The notes under the pieces are model-generated. The model was not told where the DNA came from and searched no databases. It saw only the letters and a program-made list of their open reading frames with translations. This document shows positions 13,131 to 25,786 of a DNA stretch of 64,000 nucleotides, one piece after another. Each line of letters starts with the position of its first letter. Position 1 is the stretch's first letter. The stretch comes from Diadema antillarum (taxonomy: Eukaryota). Made by a program: the position numbers and the translations under genes. The stretch lies in assembly GCF_040938485.1 (NCBI RefSeq), contig NW_027271166.1, positions 1-64,000 on the forward strand, given 5' to 3'.

Positions 13131-14372
13131 TTAATGAACGTCAACTTGAAAGTGGAACGAAGTTGCCTTCAAAACCTTGGTAACATGAAAGTGACAAGGT
13201 TGTTCATTTTCATTCTCTCGGTACCAGTGTCTGCTTGGCTGACTGGCTCAGTTTTTGTGAGCCACTTTTTTTAAGCAAAATATGATCATAATGTCAAATG
13301 TTGATTGATTTCTTCCCCCTCTTGAAAATCCAGTGCCACGGCTGACGTCCATCCACGCATCACCTCATCCTAAATGAGTTTCCAAGATATGCGATCACAG
13401 ATCCATGCAGGTTTTGTTTCGTTTCATTTTCTTTCTTTTTTTCCATAGAGCAGAATTTCCTCTTTGCAATAAAAACTCAAGAGATACAATAACCAGATTC
13501 ACCGCCCACGAGCACATCTATGGCATGGCAATTTTAATGACCATCGGATGCATGATGGGTCTGTGGGCTCAAGGAGTTAATGGGCCACAACAATGATTCA
13601 TGTCTCTAATTCAATATTCACAGCATCTAGAAGCTGATATCATTTGTACAGGATTTAAACAACCACAAATGAAAATACAGTGTAACTTTGTATCATTAAA
13701 GTGCTGAATTTGAATGCAAAACAGAATAAAAGCTTTCTTTTCATTAAATTGGCATGGATAAAAATCTAGAGGTGTTTTAAAAGGCTGGATGTTCACATGG
13801 TGACTATCAAAAAGTGCATTGTATTTATACAGCAACGTGAGAGGTAAACTCACAGAATCCCAATCTAACCTCCATCAACTTCCCATTCATTGTAAAATAG
13901 CAGGTCAGATCAAGTTTAAATACTGCCAACGTCCAGCAATTTGCAGTCAGCAAGTTGCAGTCTGCAAACTGCACATGGCTTTCAAATAGTGCTAGTCATA
14001 TATTTGCCCCTGTAGATACCCAACATGCCAAAGCTCACCTGAACTTTGATGTTGTTTAACCAATATTTGTCCTTCATATCAAGAAATTGACAGGTATCAA
14101 TGGTCATGATGACCCTTGCAAAATACAGTAACTGTACAGCTTTATTGACACAGGAGAAATAAACGGGCATGGGGGTGGGGCTAACTTTGTGTGATTACTA
14201 CTGATTTTTGATCATGTCTATCATGAGACATGCCCCAATATATTAATGAAAGAATCTACAGGCAGCACATCTTACTGGAGCAGCTGAGGTATAGTAAAAT
14301 ATGTCTATGATAATGCTGTATTTTAATTCAATATTTTTCCGCATTAATGCACATAGAAACATCAGTATTAAG

Positions 14373-14568
14373 NNNNNNNNNNNNNNNNNNNNNNNNNNNN
14401 NNNNNNNNNNNNNNNNNNNNNNNNNNNNNNNNNNNNNNNNNNNNNNNNNNNNNNNNNNNNNNNNNNNNNNNNNNNNNNNNNNNNNNNNNNNNNNNNNNNN
14501 NNNNNNNNNNNNNNNNNNNNNNNNNNNNNNNNNNNNNNNNNNNNNNNNNNNNNNNNNNNNNNNNNNNN
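14373..14568. other. Assembly gap (196 N)
   Basis: N run. Confidence 1.
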
Positions 14569-14584
14569 ATACGCCATGGCTTAC

Positions 14585-14879
14585 CTGGAAAGCATAGGGG
14601 AGGAAGCGAACTGATCATTTCCTGGTTGTATGACAACGGAAGCGCCCTCGGTTTGATTGACAACCGCCTGGCCATGCGCCGCGAGCGGAACTGGAACCCG
14701 CCAGGGCCGATGTCCTTGGACATCGGCGTGGTCGACGTGGAGGGTGTGCGGGGGAAGTCATAGTCGTTGAGGAGGGACTTGTTCTGCGGGAACACTGCCA
14801 TCTGCCGCGTCAGCACGGCCAAGACCTGGGGCTCGAAGGCCTGCGCAAAGATCGGCAAGTCATCCCCCCTCATGCTGAA
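14585..14879 (-). CDS. DENND3: DENND3-like gene, coding exon 2 (uDENN region)
   Basis: TTCCAG acceptor, G|GTAAG donor, 295 nt (phase 0 to phase 1). Peptide ..FEPQVLAV....LPPLCFPG matches recalled DENND3 landmarks (DPEVLSIF..LPQLCFPG). Confidence 0.8.
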
Positions 14880-15283
14880 CTGGAAGATGAGATTCATGGA
14901 AGAGCATCACATCAAATCTTCTTAATATTTTATGCACAACAGAGGAGAGATCGACATTTTGCATGCACATATTATATCGACACACAATGCTTTCGGTAGC
15001 GTGTGCAGCTATTGAGAACTTTGTGCATTGACACTCAAGGTAATGTCTTGCAGCATTATTTGAACTCTCTTATTTTTTAAGATTCTACATTCATCACGAG
15101 ATAGAACAGAATAGCTGGGAACAGTTGACCGTTGGCCATGACCAGTGTCTAAAAATATTGCCCTGGATTTACATTCTGATCAAGGATCTCTCTATTATGT
15201 TTTTGTAACACTAAAAGCAATCATAACAGGTATTTGAGAATGGCTTCCTTGAAAATATACAGATATCTTGAATATAATAGTTA

Positions 15284-15748
15284 GGTTCACACGCTGTTCC
15301 TAAACTTGCAGTTTAAGTCTGAAACTTAACTCTCAATGATTAGCTTGTAGTTTAGCACCGTGTGGACGCACTCGAAAGTTAGCAATCATAAAGTTTAGTC
15401 GATGGTTAGAACCATGGGACATCTTAAGGTTTACGCTTTCTCCAAGAGCCACGGGGGGGGGGGGGGGGGGGGGGGGGTTCCCACTCGTAGTTTTACTCCG
15501 TGTGGACACAATAATCAACGAGCTTGTGAGTTAGTGTGAACATTGCGTCTCATTTGCTGTACATACTATTTTGTATGGGCACAAGGTCATCTAGTAAAGA
15601 CTCTGCACTTCCGTTGTAATCATCAAGTGGGGCTCGCTCGTAAGTTTAGATGCATGTGTGAACCCGCATCGTGAATTCACGAGTGGAGCTAATCATCGAC
15701 AGTTAAGTTTTCAACCTAAACTTCAAGTTTGGCAACTGCGTGTGAATG
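15284..15748. mobile_element. PIF/Harbinger-type MITE
   Basis: TTA TSD at 15281-15283 and 15749-15751. About 65-bp imperfect TIR (TTCACACGC..AAACTTG.AGTTTA..AAACTTAACT..ATGATTAGCT). Confidence 0.75.
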
Positions 15749-16639
15749 TTACTAATGAAGGGTCTTTAATACTAGTCCTTGGGAGGTCTTAAACAGAGAA
15801 AAGCTCTTTATGGTATGTATAAAACTGGTCTGGTATCATCTCTTTACATCAGTGGTATGATTTAGGATAAACAGGGGAAATCCCATGCACTTCCAGAGAG
15901 AGAAAAAAAAAAATTAGCAAAACGAAACTAAAGCAAAGAACAGTCTGCATGCACCTGAGTGTAGCGGTATGCAATAACTATTACACAAGACAGAATAGAC
16001 ATGGTTATTATACCACTTAACACTCTGATCTATTAATATCGTTATTTTTTATGCTGTTGTTTACCTTTATTCACCTCAAAAACAGGGTACAAAATGCCAG
16101 TGAAAGAGTTGCCTGAAGCATAAAATGGCTGAATGATGCTGAACCCTCTTAGTTTGCCCCATGTGATTCACAATAGTTAGCAAATGGTATCAGACAGACA
16201 TACTTGTGTACGTGCACTGTCCCATGAGGGGAGAAGATAGTATCAATATGGTACTGGAATTTTCCTGATAGAAACAAATGAACCCATGCATGCATTTGAT
16301 TGCCAAAATAAACTCACAGAATATTCCTCACCGAGAGTCATTCTATTTATACTGCGCTTTGGAGATTATTCACCCATGATGCAAACTACATACTGTACAC
16401 TCAATACATTTCAGCTCTAAAACATGATGTTTATTGGGATAATCAAAAACAAAGCTTTGGTTTCAGAGTAGACAATTAATACTTGAAATAAGTACCTAAA
16501 TGGTGTCCAGTACATGTAAGCACAAATACTTGTAGTGAACCATTTAACAAGTCAAATCCTGAGCCTGGAAAGTTGATACCGGTACACGATGAACCAACAG
16601 GGTGGTCAGTTTTTGCAGTCTGGATTTATGTATTGTACT

Positions 16640-17285
16640 CTTTTTCCAGCACTGGTCATATTGTCATTGAGCATAGACTGGAAGGCATTAATTGATGATG
16701 CCTCGACAGCATCAGCAGAAAGGCTTTTCCATTAATTTACTGATTTTTCATTTTGGCTCAAAGAGTTGAACCTCTTACTAGTACGGTACATCTTCCCTTT
16801 CAACGACATTTATAAACTCTACATGACCACATGTAATTTGATTATTGACAACAAAATGAACAGCTCAATCAGAGTCTTCCATATCTTGCAATACAACAAG
16901 TCTGTAGTTGAATCATGTCTGCACATAACATCATACTTGAGGGGTGGAATTCCCAAATATTTAAGTTTTTCCGAATATGACAATGATCTATTAAACTTAG
17001 GCCAACTCAGTCACTTTCCTCCCTGATTTGCCTCACTCTTTGTCAGTTCATTCTTTACCCAAGTACAATATTCTCAGGGCCATCTGACTAGTTGTAGGGC
17101 ATTAAACAGTAAGACAAACACTTGCGAGTATTTCAACTCCTTTTGGTCAGACTAATTACAATACAGGTATTTGCTTTCGAAGCAACTTTGTCTACAAGGA
17201 GAGTAAAATTGAGGTTGAGAGAATATACTGCAATCTATTTTTGTCTTTGACTGTCTCAATAATCTCAAGAATATCACTCTCATCA
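16640..17285 (-). mobile_element. Decayed 3' end of a CR1-group LINE
   Basis: Broken frames read NLNFTLLVDKVASKAN, EYCTW, SYSEKLKYLGIPPLKY, ADMIQL and WKSLSADAVEASSINAF, which follow the CR1 ORF2 C-terminal consensus in order. Contains stops and frameshifts. Confidence 0.8.
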
Positions 17286-17341
17286 TCTGGTATTGCATGA
17301 TGTTGATGTTTTGCTATCATGGTGTTTAACATGACATTTTC

Positions 17342-17708
17342 CAGAGCTACCAAGTCTCACGCATTCTGAGTGAGACTCAAGCATTTAGGGGCCATCTCAC
17401 GATCTCACGCATGGCGCCCATTTTTCTCAAGCATTGGGCGAAGTCTGCAACTTGGGCCTATAATAATGAGCATAGGCCAAAGGATTAAAGTGATAGTTGC
17501 AATTGAAGGTATATTTCCCCTCTGTCTTTCAAAATAAGTAAAAAATAGTCACTTAAGTATGCACCTGATTGCACTATATTAGGAGCTCAAAATTGAAAAA
17601 GCTCCCTAAAAACCCCTCCCACCCTCGCTCGCGCGCACATTCGCGCGCCGAGATGCCGAGCCATGAAAATCTCACTCATAAAAATTTTTTGAACTTGGCA
17701 TCCAGCTG
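17342..17708. mobile_element. hAT-like MITE
   Basis: CAG...CTG termini with CCAAGT/ACTTGG subterminal match. Direct repeat CATTTTC(C) at 17335 and 17709 gives a 7-8 bp TSD. Confidence 0.65.
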
Positions 17709-17762
17709 CATTTTCCATGATTGGATTTGAGCTGCCACACACGCCCAGCCAAGCCTCAAGCT

Positions 17763-18518
17763 CAGTTCGGGAAACCCACTCACAAGGGGGGCCCCCTCCT
17801 TATAAGTAACCCGTCCCCCTTATAAGTAACCCCGTCCCCCTTATAAGTAACCCCCGGGGCACCCCTTATAAGGAGTCTCCACGCTTTTTTGCAATGCAAC
17901 GCGAAAATGAAAGGACTGCGGCAATTCGCTTGATTATGTCCATAAAGCTTCACAAGTTTCCTAGTTACTCACGAAATTTGAGCAAAATCGGTTTGAGGCA
18001 TCATATCTAAAACCATGGATTTAAATGCGATGTCAAACGACCCATGCGAATGCTGAAATGCGAGCGATTACTGGCGTGAGTGTCGCCAGGCGCGGCGGCG
18101 CGGCAATGCTTGAGTGCAGACGTGGCGACTGAGTACGGAGACATCGTACTCAGTCGCCACGTCTGCACTCAAGCATTGCCGCGCCGCCGCGCCTGGCGAC
18201 ACTCACGCCAGTAATCGCTCGCATTTCAGCATTCGCATGGGTCGTTTGACATCGCATTTAAATCCATGATTTTAGATATGATGCCTCAAACCAATTTTGC
18301 TCAAATTTCGTGAGTAACTAGGAAACTTGTGAAGCTTTATGGACATAATCAAGCGAATTGCCGCAGTCCTTTCATTTTCGCGTTGCATTGCAAAAAAGCG
18401 TGGAGACTCCTTATAAGGGGTGCCCCGGGGGTTACTTATAAGGGGGACGGGGTTACTTATAAGGGGGACGGGTTACTTATAAGGAGGGGCCCCCCTTGTG
18501 AGTGGGTTTCCCGAACTG
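17763..18518. mobile_element. Foldback (near-perfect palindromic) DNA element, copy 1
   Basis: Arms of 375/374 bp with 2 substitutions and a 1-bp indel seen, 7-nt loop GAGACAT (18138-18144). CAG..CTG termini, 4-bp TSD AGCT (17759-17762, 18519-18522). Subterminal 20-21 bp tandem unit CCTTATAAGTAACCCCGTCCC. Confidence 0.95.
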
Positions 18519-18952
18519 AGCTTGTGGATGGTTTGCTGCAGTAAATGAGTATCATCAGGATCACTTTGTTGGCTGCCAGCATTTAGCATCATCTGTGAAT
18601 TCCCCCACATTATATCATTATATCATTTATATCATTATATCATTGATATCATCAGATAAGGGTACCTCTACTCTATCATTCACAAATACTGGGCCACATG
18701 TCTGCCCTCTGCACGAAGAAGAAACCTCAGCTCAGATGATGACCATATGAATCTTCTCAGTCAGGGAGGAAAACCTCAATACAGCTCAACACATTCCCAC
18801 TGTATATTTCTGAATGAACATTGCATATTGTAGCATGATATTGGGATAGCAGATTCCTCCCCTGGTAGCTGGTGTGCCTGCTCTGTTATCATTGAATAAG
18901 AAAAGCACACACAAAATTGGGAGACTGGGAATCCAGGCAGAAGCTTGATTAC

Positions 18953-19516
18953 CTGGGAGGCTGATGCCATGGATTTCTTTGCGACTTTGAGACCGGTGTC
19001 CTCGTCCATTCCAACGACCACGCACATCTCGATGAGGGCATTTGGTAGTTTCGGAGTGGCCACTGGTGCTTTTCCCATCCCGGGCAGCAAGCCGGAGCTC
19101 ATCGGCCCCGACGACATCCCGGGCACGTTCAGGCTCATGCTGTTGAGTAATTTCGGCCGCGCGCTACCACCACCGCCAGTGCTGGACACACTCGTCGAAC
19201 TCGACGTATTGGTCGCAAATTCTTTCGCACTTTGCCTCCACTTGTTCAGTAACCGCAGCGTTGGAACGATGGAGCCAAATCTGTCCCCTGCTGCCTCGCG
19301 ATGGTCTGAAACGTCGTCTGCACTATGGCATTTCTCGTGGCTCTGCTGCGCGAGACTGATGTTGAGGTGCAGTTTCGGTCTGTGTGATGATGAGTTCGTA
19401 GCAGGCGGCCTCCTGCCATGCTGCTGCTGTTTACCGCCAGCTGCGCGGTCGGTCCTCTCACGTTCGCTGCCCCCACCGCCCCCGTTAACCGAACTGCTTT
19501 CATCATAACCCGACAT
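18953..19516 (-). CDS. DENND3: DENND3-like gene, coding exon 1 (low-complexity N-terminus + start of uDENN)
   Basis: ATG at 19516, 188 codons, CAG|GTAATC donor in phase 0. LIEMCVVVG resembles the DENND3 LLE.C..LG start motif. In phase with exon 2. Confidence 0.75.
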
Positions 19517-21876
19517 CTCGCAGTCATAAAAAGGAGACGTGCCAAAGACTTATGCGGCGTAATGCACTCAAGGACATTTACGGATTTGTAAATATCATAA
19601 TAACTCAATGACAAACATCACATGTAACGACAAGTGAGATACTCAAACGTCATGACAAATATAACGTGACTGGCGAAGCGTTTCGATTGAAGTTCGGTCC
19701 CATTTCTACAGCCGATCGCTCACGAACACAGGCAGCGAACGTTACAAGCCTACTTACTTGGATTGACTTGTCGTTAGGTTTTGTTTACATTGACCAGCGG
19801 GGCGAGCATGCACAAAATAACGATAGACGTAGACGTAGACCAGTGCCAATTACACACGTGCACACTAACAAGACCCGGTGGGATTGCACGTGTGCTAACT
19901 AAATTGTGTGATTTCTGTCATTTATTTGTTTTGCACGGGTCGATGAAGTTGACCACAAAATGATTCTAAAATAAAGGCACGAAAAGCCGAGTGGATTGAA
20001 ATTGGGCGAATGCTGAAATATTTATAAAACACATCAGTGATGTTTAGAGGAAAATTCGGACAATCAAATTAATTAATTTTGAAAAGCTATGAACTTTAAA
20101 ACTTCGGTGCAATAAGCTCTAGATCTGAATATTCTTCCGTGACTCGTTACACATGGACAACGATGATGATAAAGAAAATAAAGAGAATGCACCAATTGTC
20201 CGATTTTCCTCAAATTTTATTATTGTGTTTGTGTTTATGTACAAATATTCCTGTATTCATTCAATCCTCGTATATTTGAGTTTCATAATGACTTATTGAA
20301 CAAGGGGGACATTCCAAGTATAATTATATTAGCCACCAAAAGTTCGCAGTACATCTCAATCCCCAACTCCTTTTCCAAACATGAATTTTATACGCCACTG
20401 ACTTAAAAGAAATAATTTCGGGTGTTTAACGCGCAAATGGGAATGTGTTTCACGAAAACAAAGTGAAATTCCGCGAAGCAGCTTAAAATATGTCTGTCCA
20501 TTGTCATGATCCGAAACAACTGAACACTACATTGCCGGTAACCTTTAGAGTGTTGATTAATCAATCAGTAGATCTGATTTATAATTTATACAGTAGATTT
20601 TATTTATCGGTGCGATATAATCATCACTGGTTGTGGCTCTTATGCATAGACGTGAGACTGAAATAATATTGTAAAAATGAAATAGAATACATCTAAATGA
20701 AAGGGAAAGAAAGGAAAATTAGTGGAGAAAGCTAGTTATTTTACAGTAGTAAACCGGGTACATGCAATGTGTGCATCACTTGTATTATACCTTATATTGT
20801 ATTATATATCGTTTGATAAACTGTCCATTCAATTGAGTTGTGTATGATCACCATTATATCATCTTTACCCCGCCAACAATCTTGAATATTTGAACTTCGA
20901 ACTTTTATTGAAACACAATCACAATCTTTGGACCCGTGGGGCAAAACTTATACATAAAGTCCAATGAAGTATTTAGCTACTTTATCATACAACATAATAA
21001 ATAGGTCACTCATCTTTCTGTCAACCATCCATTGCAGATGATCTCACATGCTGGTAGAAAATTACCGGCTGTCATGGCTGTTGAAATATGAGAAAGTGTC
21101 TAGAATACTGAAGTGAGCACTGAATTATTGCTACAAAGCAAAGCAGAATTGGTATAATATCTTAATCAACTAATGTATAAAATAAAGCTATTACTTTTAC
21201 AACATGTATAAAATAAAGCTATTACTTTTACAAATATTCGAAACCTAAGAAAAAGGCTAAGAATGCCTGAAGGACTTAAATACCAGCTTGATTATAATTT
21301 TATGTAAACTTGGCAAGCCTTATAATACTGGTATATGGTTTTGTATTTATAGTTTCATTCAAAAATTCTTCTATCATATTTGTCATTCGAGTTCATGATT
21401 CTTGAGTCGAGTTTTTTTTTTTTTAATTGCAACTTATTGACACTTGGCCAGCGATTTTTATAGTTGCTTTACTACTAAAACGTTGAATAATCTGTGTTTA
21501 ATGACACCGATGAAAGGCAATAATTATTTGTCCATCAGTTACAAATACACTTATTTGTATGTGGTTTTTTATAATAGTGATTTTGTAATAAATCTGATCA
21601 AATACTCTAAAACAAACTGCGTTCAAAAAGAACATTAAATTCATCGTCAAGTCTCTCAGTTTTACATGACATCTTTCTTTATAATGTACTCTAAAATAAT
21701 ATCCCCCAATAGTACTGTACGATGCATCACCAAATCTGGATGTTAGTAATGAGCTATGCACACACTACAGCATATCATATTTCGGATCAAAAATTGATCC
21801 TCTATTGACTGGTTGAAAGAGCTTCATACCGTCACTCTGTGCAAATAACTTCTCATAAAACAAACTGTGACGTCGG

Positions 21877-22815
21877 GCACTTCCTCGTGACGTCACTCTG
21901 TCAATTTCTGACAAAACAATTGTGACATCACATAACAATTCTGACATCGTTACGTGTGTTGCTTCGTACAGTCAGTGTAGAATAAATGCACAACATCGCA
22001 TCCACCACACATTTCACCCCTCTCTTGTTTACATTTTTTATCCAAAATATAAAACTTACTATATTCTCTGTCTAATTTCGAGTTTCTGGTTAAGACTATA
22101 GGCCCCGGCGCCTCCAAAAGTACTGTTCACTTCGGGGCTGCACCCCTCAGTGAATAGTTATTATTTTGTAGTCACCTCTGTCCATAGTTTTAAATAGAAA
22201 CTATCAAGGCAAATTAGGTCTATACATTTTATACTACAATGGAGTTGTGAAATGATGTCACAAAGCAATTGTGACATCATAAAGCAATTCTGGCATCTTG
22301 CACTTGCTTCTTAAGCTTACGTTACTCTTACACTTGCACTTGCTTCTTACTGTTACATGTCACTCTGTGAAATGTAACAATTTCTAGCAAAATACAATTA
22401 TGACACCACAAAGCAATTGCGGCATCGCGCACTGCTTTGTACCGTCACTTTGTGAAATGCAACAATTTCTACCAGAACAATTGTGACATCATAATTAATT
22501 GTTTTCATGGTAGAAATATTGTTACATCACAAAGCAATTCTGACATCGCGCATTGCTTCGTACCGTCACTCTGTGATATGTACCAATGTGACATCACAAA
22601 GCAAATTTATGTCACGGAGCACCAGTGTGACATCATAAAGGAATTCTGACATCTTGCACTGCTCTACTGTCACTCTTTGAAATGTAACAATATTTTTAGC
22701 AAAACATAATTATGACATCACAAAGCAACTGCGCCATCGCGCATTGCTTCGTTCCGTCACTCTGCGAAATTCCGTATTGTGACATCACAAAAAATTGCGC
22801 AATTCTGACATCGTG
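21877..22815. repeat. Degenerate minisatellite built on TGACATCA(C/T)AAAGCAATT
   Basis: About 15 TGAC(A/G)TC cores, with a higher-order unit of about 90-120 bp between 22270 and 22815. Confidence 0.8.
22090..22195. repeat. Short hairpin element with GGCGCAGCC-type centre (related copy, inverted, at 34170-34260)
   Basis: TTCACT..GGGGCTGCACCCC..AGTGAA hairpin, reverse-complement similar to 34170-34250. Confidence 0.65.
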
Positions 22816-23558
22816 CGCTGCTTTTAAAGATCCTACACTGTCTGTATGTAGGATCTTTGGTATTTACAAGTAGGATTCTTCTACAAGACGGCATTCACAG
22901 CAAGACTTTTCGCCTCCCATTCCCCCTCTTTTGTTTAGATTTATGATGCAAAATCTACTACAGGTAAAACAAATACATGTACAGGTACAGTGTTCTTGTA
23001 CATCTGCCTATGTCTCTGGCTCAGAGGGCGTGATTTTCATTGCCGTGAGAAGGCGTAACTGTCTCAAATTTGGCAGAAGCTCGTTTTATGTAACGTTTAA
23101 TCAAGACAAGTGCTTCAGGTTCAGCAGAAGTAGGCCCTACCAAAGATCCTGGTACTAAGTTCATGATGTAGGCACTAGTAGAATCTAGTTAGTATTTAAA
23201 TTTTAGTACTGATTGTCTTCTCAAACTATCGTATTGAAATTTATGTACGTGTTTATATGTGTGCAATGATCTGCACATCTAACGTTAGCAAATATACACA
23301 ACTCTACTTTATCAGTATGATTTAATCCTTGACATTAATTGTCTTTATAGTGTGAAATAAAATGAAAAATGTAAACATGATCAAACGCAATCACATGCTA
23401 ATCAGAAACCGAATCTAAGCTAGGCTCTCCAGGTCTGATGTTGAACCCCTGCTTTAACGTTAGAAATAGAGTCTATACGGTTCTACGTTTATTAGATTCT
23501 ACCCCAGACCATAAATCCTGAACCTAATCCTAACCCAAACTGTGACCCTAACGTTAGG

Positions 23559-23952
23559 CATGGCTCGATTGGGCCACCAAAATCCTAAATTTCAAATTTT
23601 TGGTGGCCCGAGAGAAAAATTTGGTGTCCCGAAAAAAACAACAATAAAAAACATTAAAAGTTCTTTTTTTTTTTAATGAGTCAAATATTTAAGATTTATG
23701 ATAGTAAGAATTAGAAGTTGGACATATCTACTCATATTATTAAACTTCAACAAACTTGCAACACTCACTCTCAGGCATTCATTCAGTCCTTTTCATCCAT
23801 CCTTTGAACAAATTCAACTGCTAATTTCCAGCGCAAAAAGTTATGAATTTATTGACATACTTTTCCAAAAAATTAGGTGGCCCGAGGCGGGCCACCAAAT
23901 TTGCCCTTTTTTAAAATTTGGTGGCCCGACTTTCATTTTTTGTCGAGCCCTG
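23559..23952. mobile_element. hAT-like MITE inserted in a CCTAA-rich repeat
   Basis: Termini CATGGCTCGA / TCGAGCCCTG. Flanks CGTTAGG(C) / CGTAAGGC are a near-perfect 7-8 bp TSD. Internal GGTGGCCCGA repeats. Confidence 0.7.
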
Positions 23953-25323
23953 CGTAAGGCCTAGGCTAAATAAACCAAAGGTTATCCTACTCCTAGCCAA
24001 TCTTTTACTCTAACCCTTATCACTAAACCGTAAACGTAACCAGTGCTAGCGGTGGTGGTGGGGGGGGGGGGGGGGGGGGGAGGGGGGTAGTCGCCCTGAG
24101 GGAACTTATTATGTTTAGGTATGGTTTTTATTTTAACTTTGTGTGTGTGTGTGTGTGTGTTTTCCTTTTTCATCAGCCACTGTTGCCATTGTAGGACCGT
24201 TGGAAACCACTTGACGTTTCAATTAGGAGTTTCCAGTTTTCAGGTTACTGAGTACAATCTGCTAGTATTTTTCCTTCAACGACCGTTCAGCTATTGTTCA
24301 AACGCCACGTTCTCGGCTAACAGAAAAAACAAAAACAAATAAATTTCAGTCACTGCCTTCATATCATTGCCATTGGTCTTAAATCGCAAAAATTCTGCAA
24401 TATGAAGACTTACAGGTGAAGATGTAATGTTGAAGACTGACTGCGTTCAACTTTTGGTTCTGGCAATAGTCCCTTTCTGCTCGGTTTGATGAGTTAAATG
24501 CGACTCGGTCGAGAGGAACTCGGGAGAACTACATCTTTAACAGTCAATGGATTTGAGATTTGTGCGCATGCGCTGGCCGTCAAGTCGTGTAGCTTTGTGG
24601 CAAGGCCTTATCATACTGTTGGCAAACCCTCTCGCTGTATATTGCGTTGCTTTCTGGGTGGGTGCGCGCGCGCAGGCCTTGTCAGAAGGCTAAACGCATT
24701 GCGACTCCGCCAGCACATGAATATTTACGTGCGCAGTGTACTGCATACTGATTTCGAAAATGGTGAATGGGATGGGGAGCTAGGACTACGGACCCGTATA
24801 TGGCCGTGAAAAAAACGTTTTTTCAAGATCATTGGACCAGTGTGAACAAGAACAAGGTGAACGAAGGGTATTAATTAGATCTAGAGCTCTATTTGTTACA
24901 GCTTAAGACTCTAACGTTAGAGAATCTAGATTCTAATATCCGTGCTAACTCAAGATAAGAGGTCTGTAACACTACAGTTAGAATTAGGAGTAACAATAGG
25001 AGGCAACTGTTTTGTTTGGTGGATATTCCTTATAGATCTAGATTTCTACACAACAGTAACGACTAACGTTAGGCCTATTCGAGTTCGATTTTGCACGCTC
25101 CCGCGCAGCTCCTGCGCCCGGGCGTTACATTCGCTTTAAAAATAGAAAACCTTTCGGCACGATTGGGGAAAAGAAAAAAAAACCGCATAACGTTTTAGAC
25201 ATCTAACTGTTAGTAATTCTACTTCAATACTCTCAACTTCGTGAGTTCTAAAAGAAAGTAGAAACACCACACTTCAGACGTGTCGTTGACGAATAGAAGT
25301 TCTAGATCGAGTTTTCTTTGGAT

Positions 25324-25358
25324 TCTTTCTTGAATATTTGGTGGCTCTAAAAAGAGCC
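25324..25358 (-). terminator. Histone H4 3' stem-loop and U7 downstream element
   Basis: Minus strand GGCTCTTTTTAGAGCC (25358-25343) followed by ACCA and CAAGAAAGA (25332-25324). Confidence 0.95.
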
Positions 25359-25389
25359 GTTGTATTCGCCAGAAGCAGGAAGAAGCTTC

Positions 25390-25786
<397 letters not shown>

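Noticed and set aside
14038-14114. Exon-like segment VIMTIDTCQFLDMKDKYWLNNIKVQ with CAG|GTGAG donor
   Set aside because: It is phase 2, so it cannot follow exon 2 (phase 1) directly, and it has no recognisable homology. It stays possible only if an exon lies in the gap.
18329-18544. Repeated ORF MKLYGHNQANC... (also 50329-50559 and 50947-51192)
   Set aside because: It is a by-product of the foldback arms; the GVTYKGD repeats are the translated 21-bp DNA subrepeat.
21173-21233. Perfect 30-bp tandem duplication
   Set aside because: Ordinary slippage duplication with no further structure.
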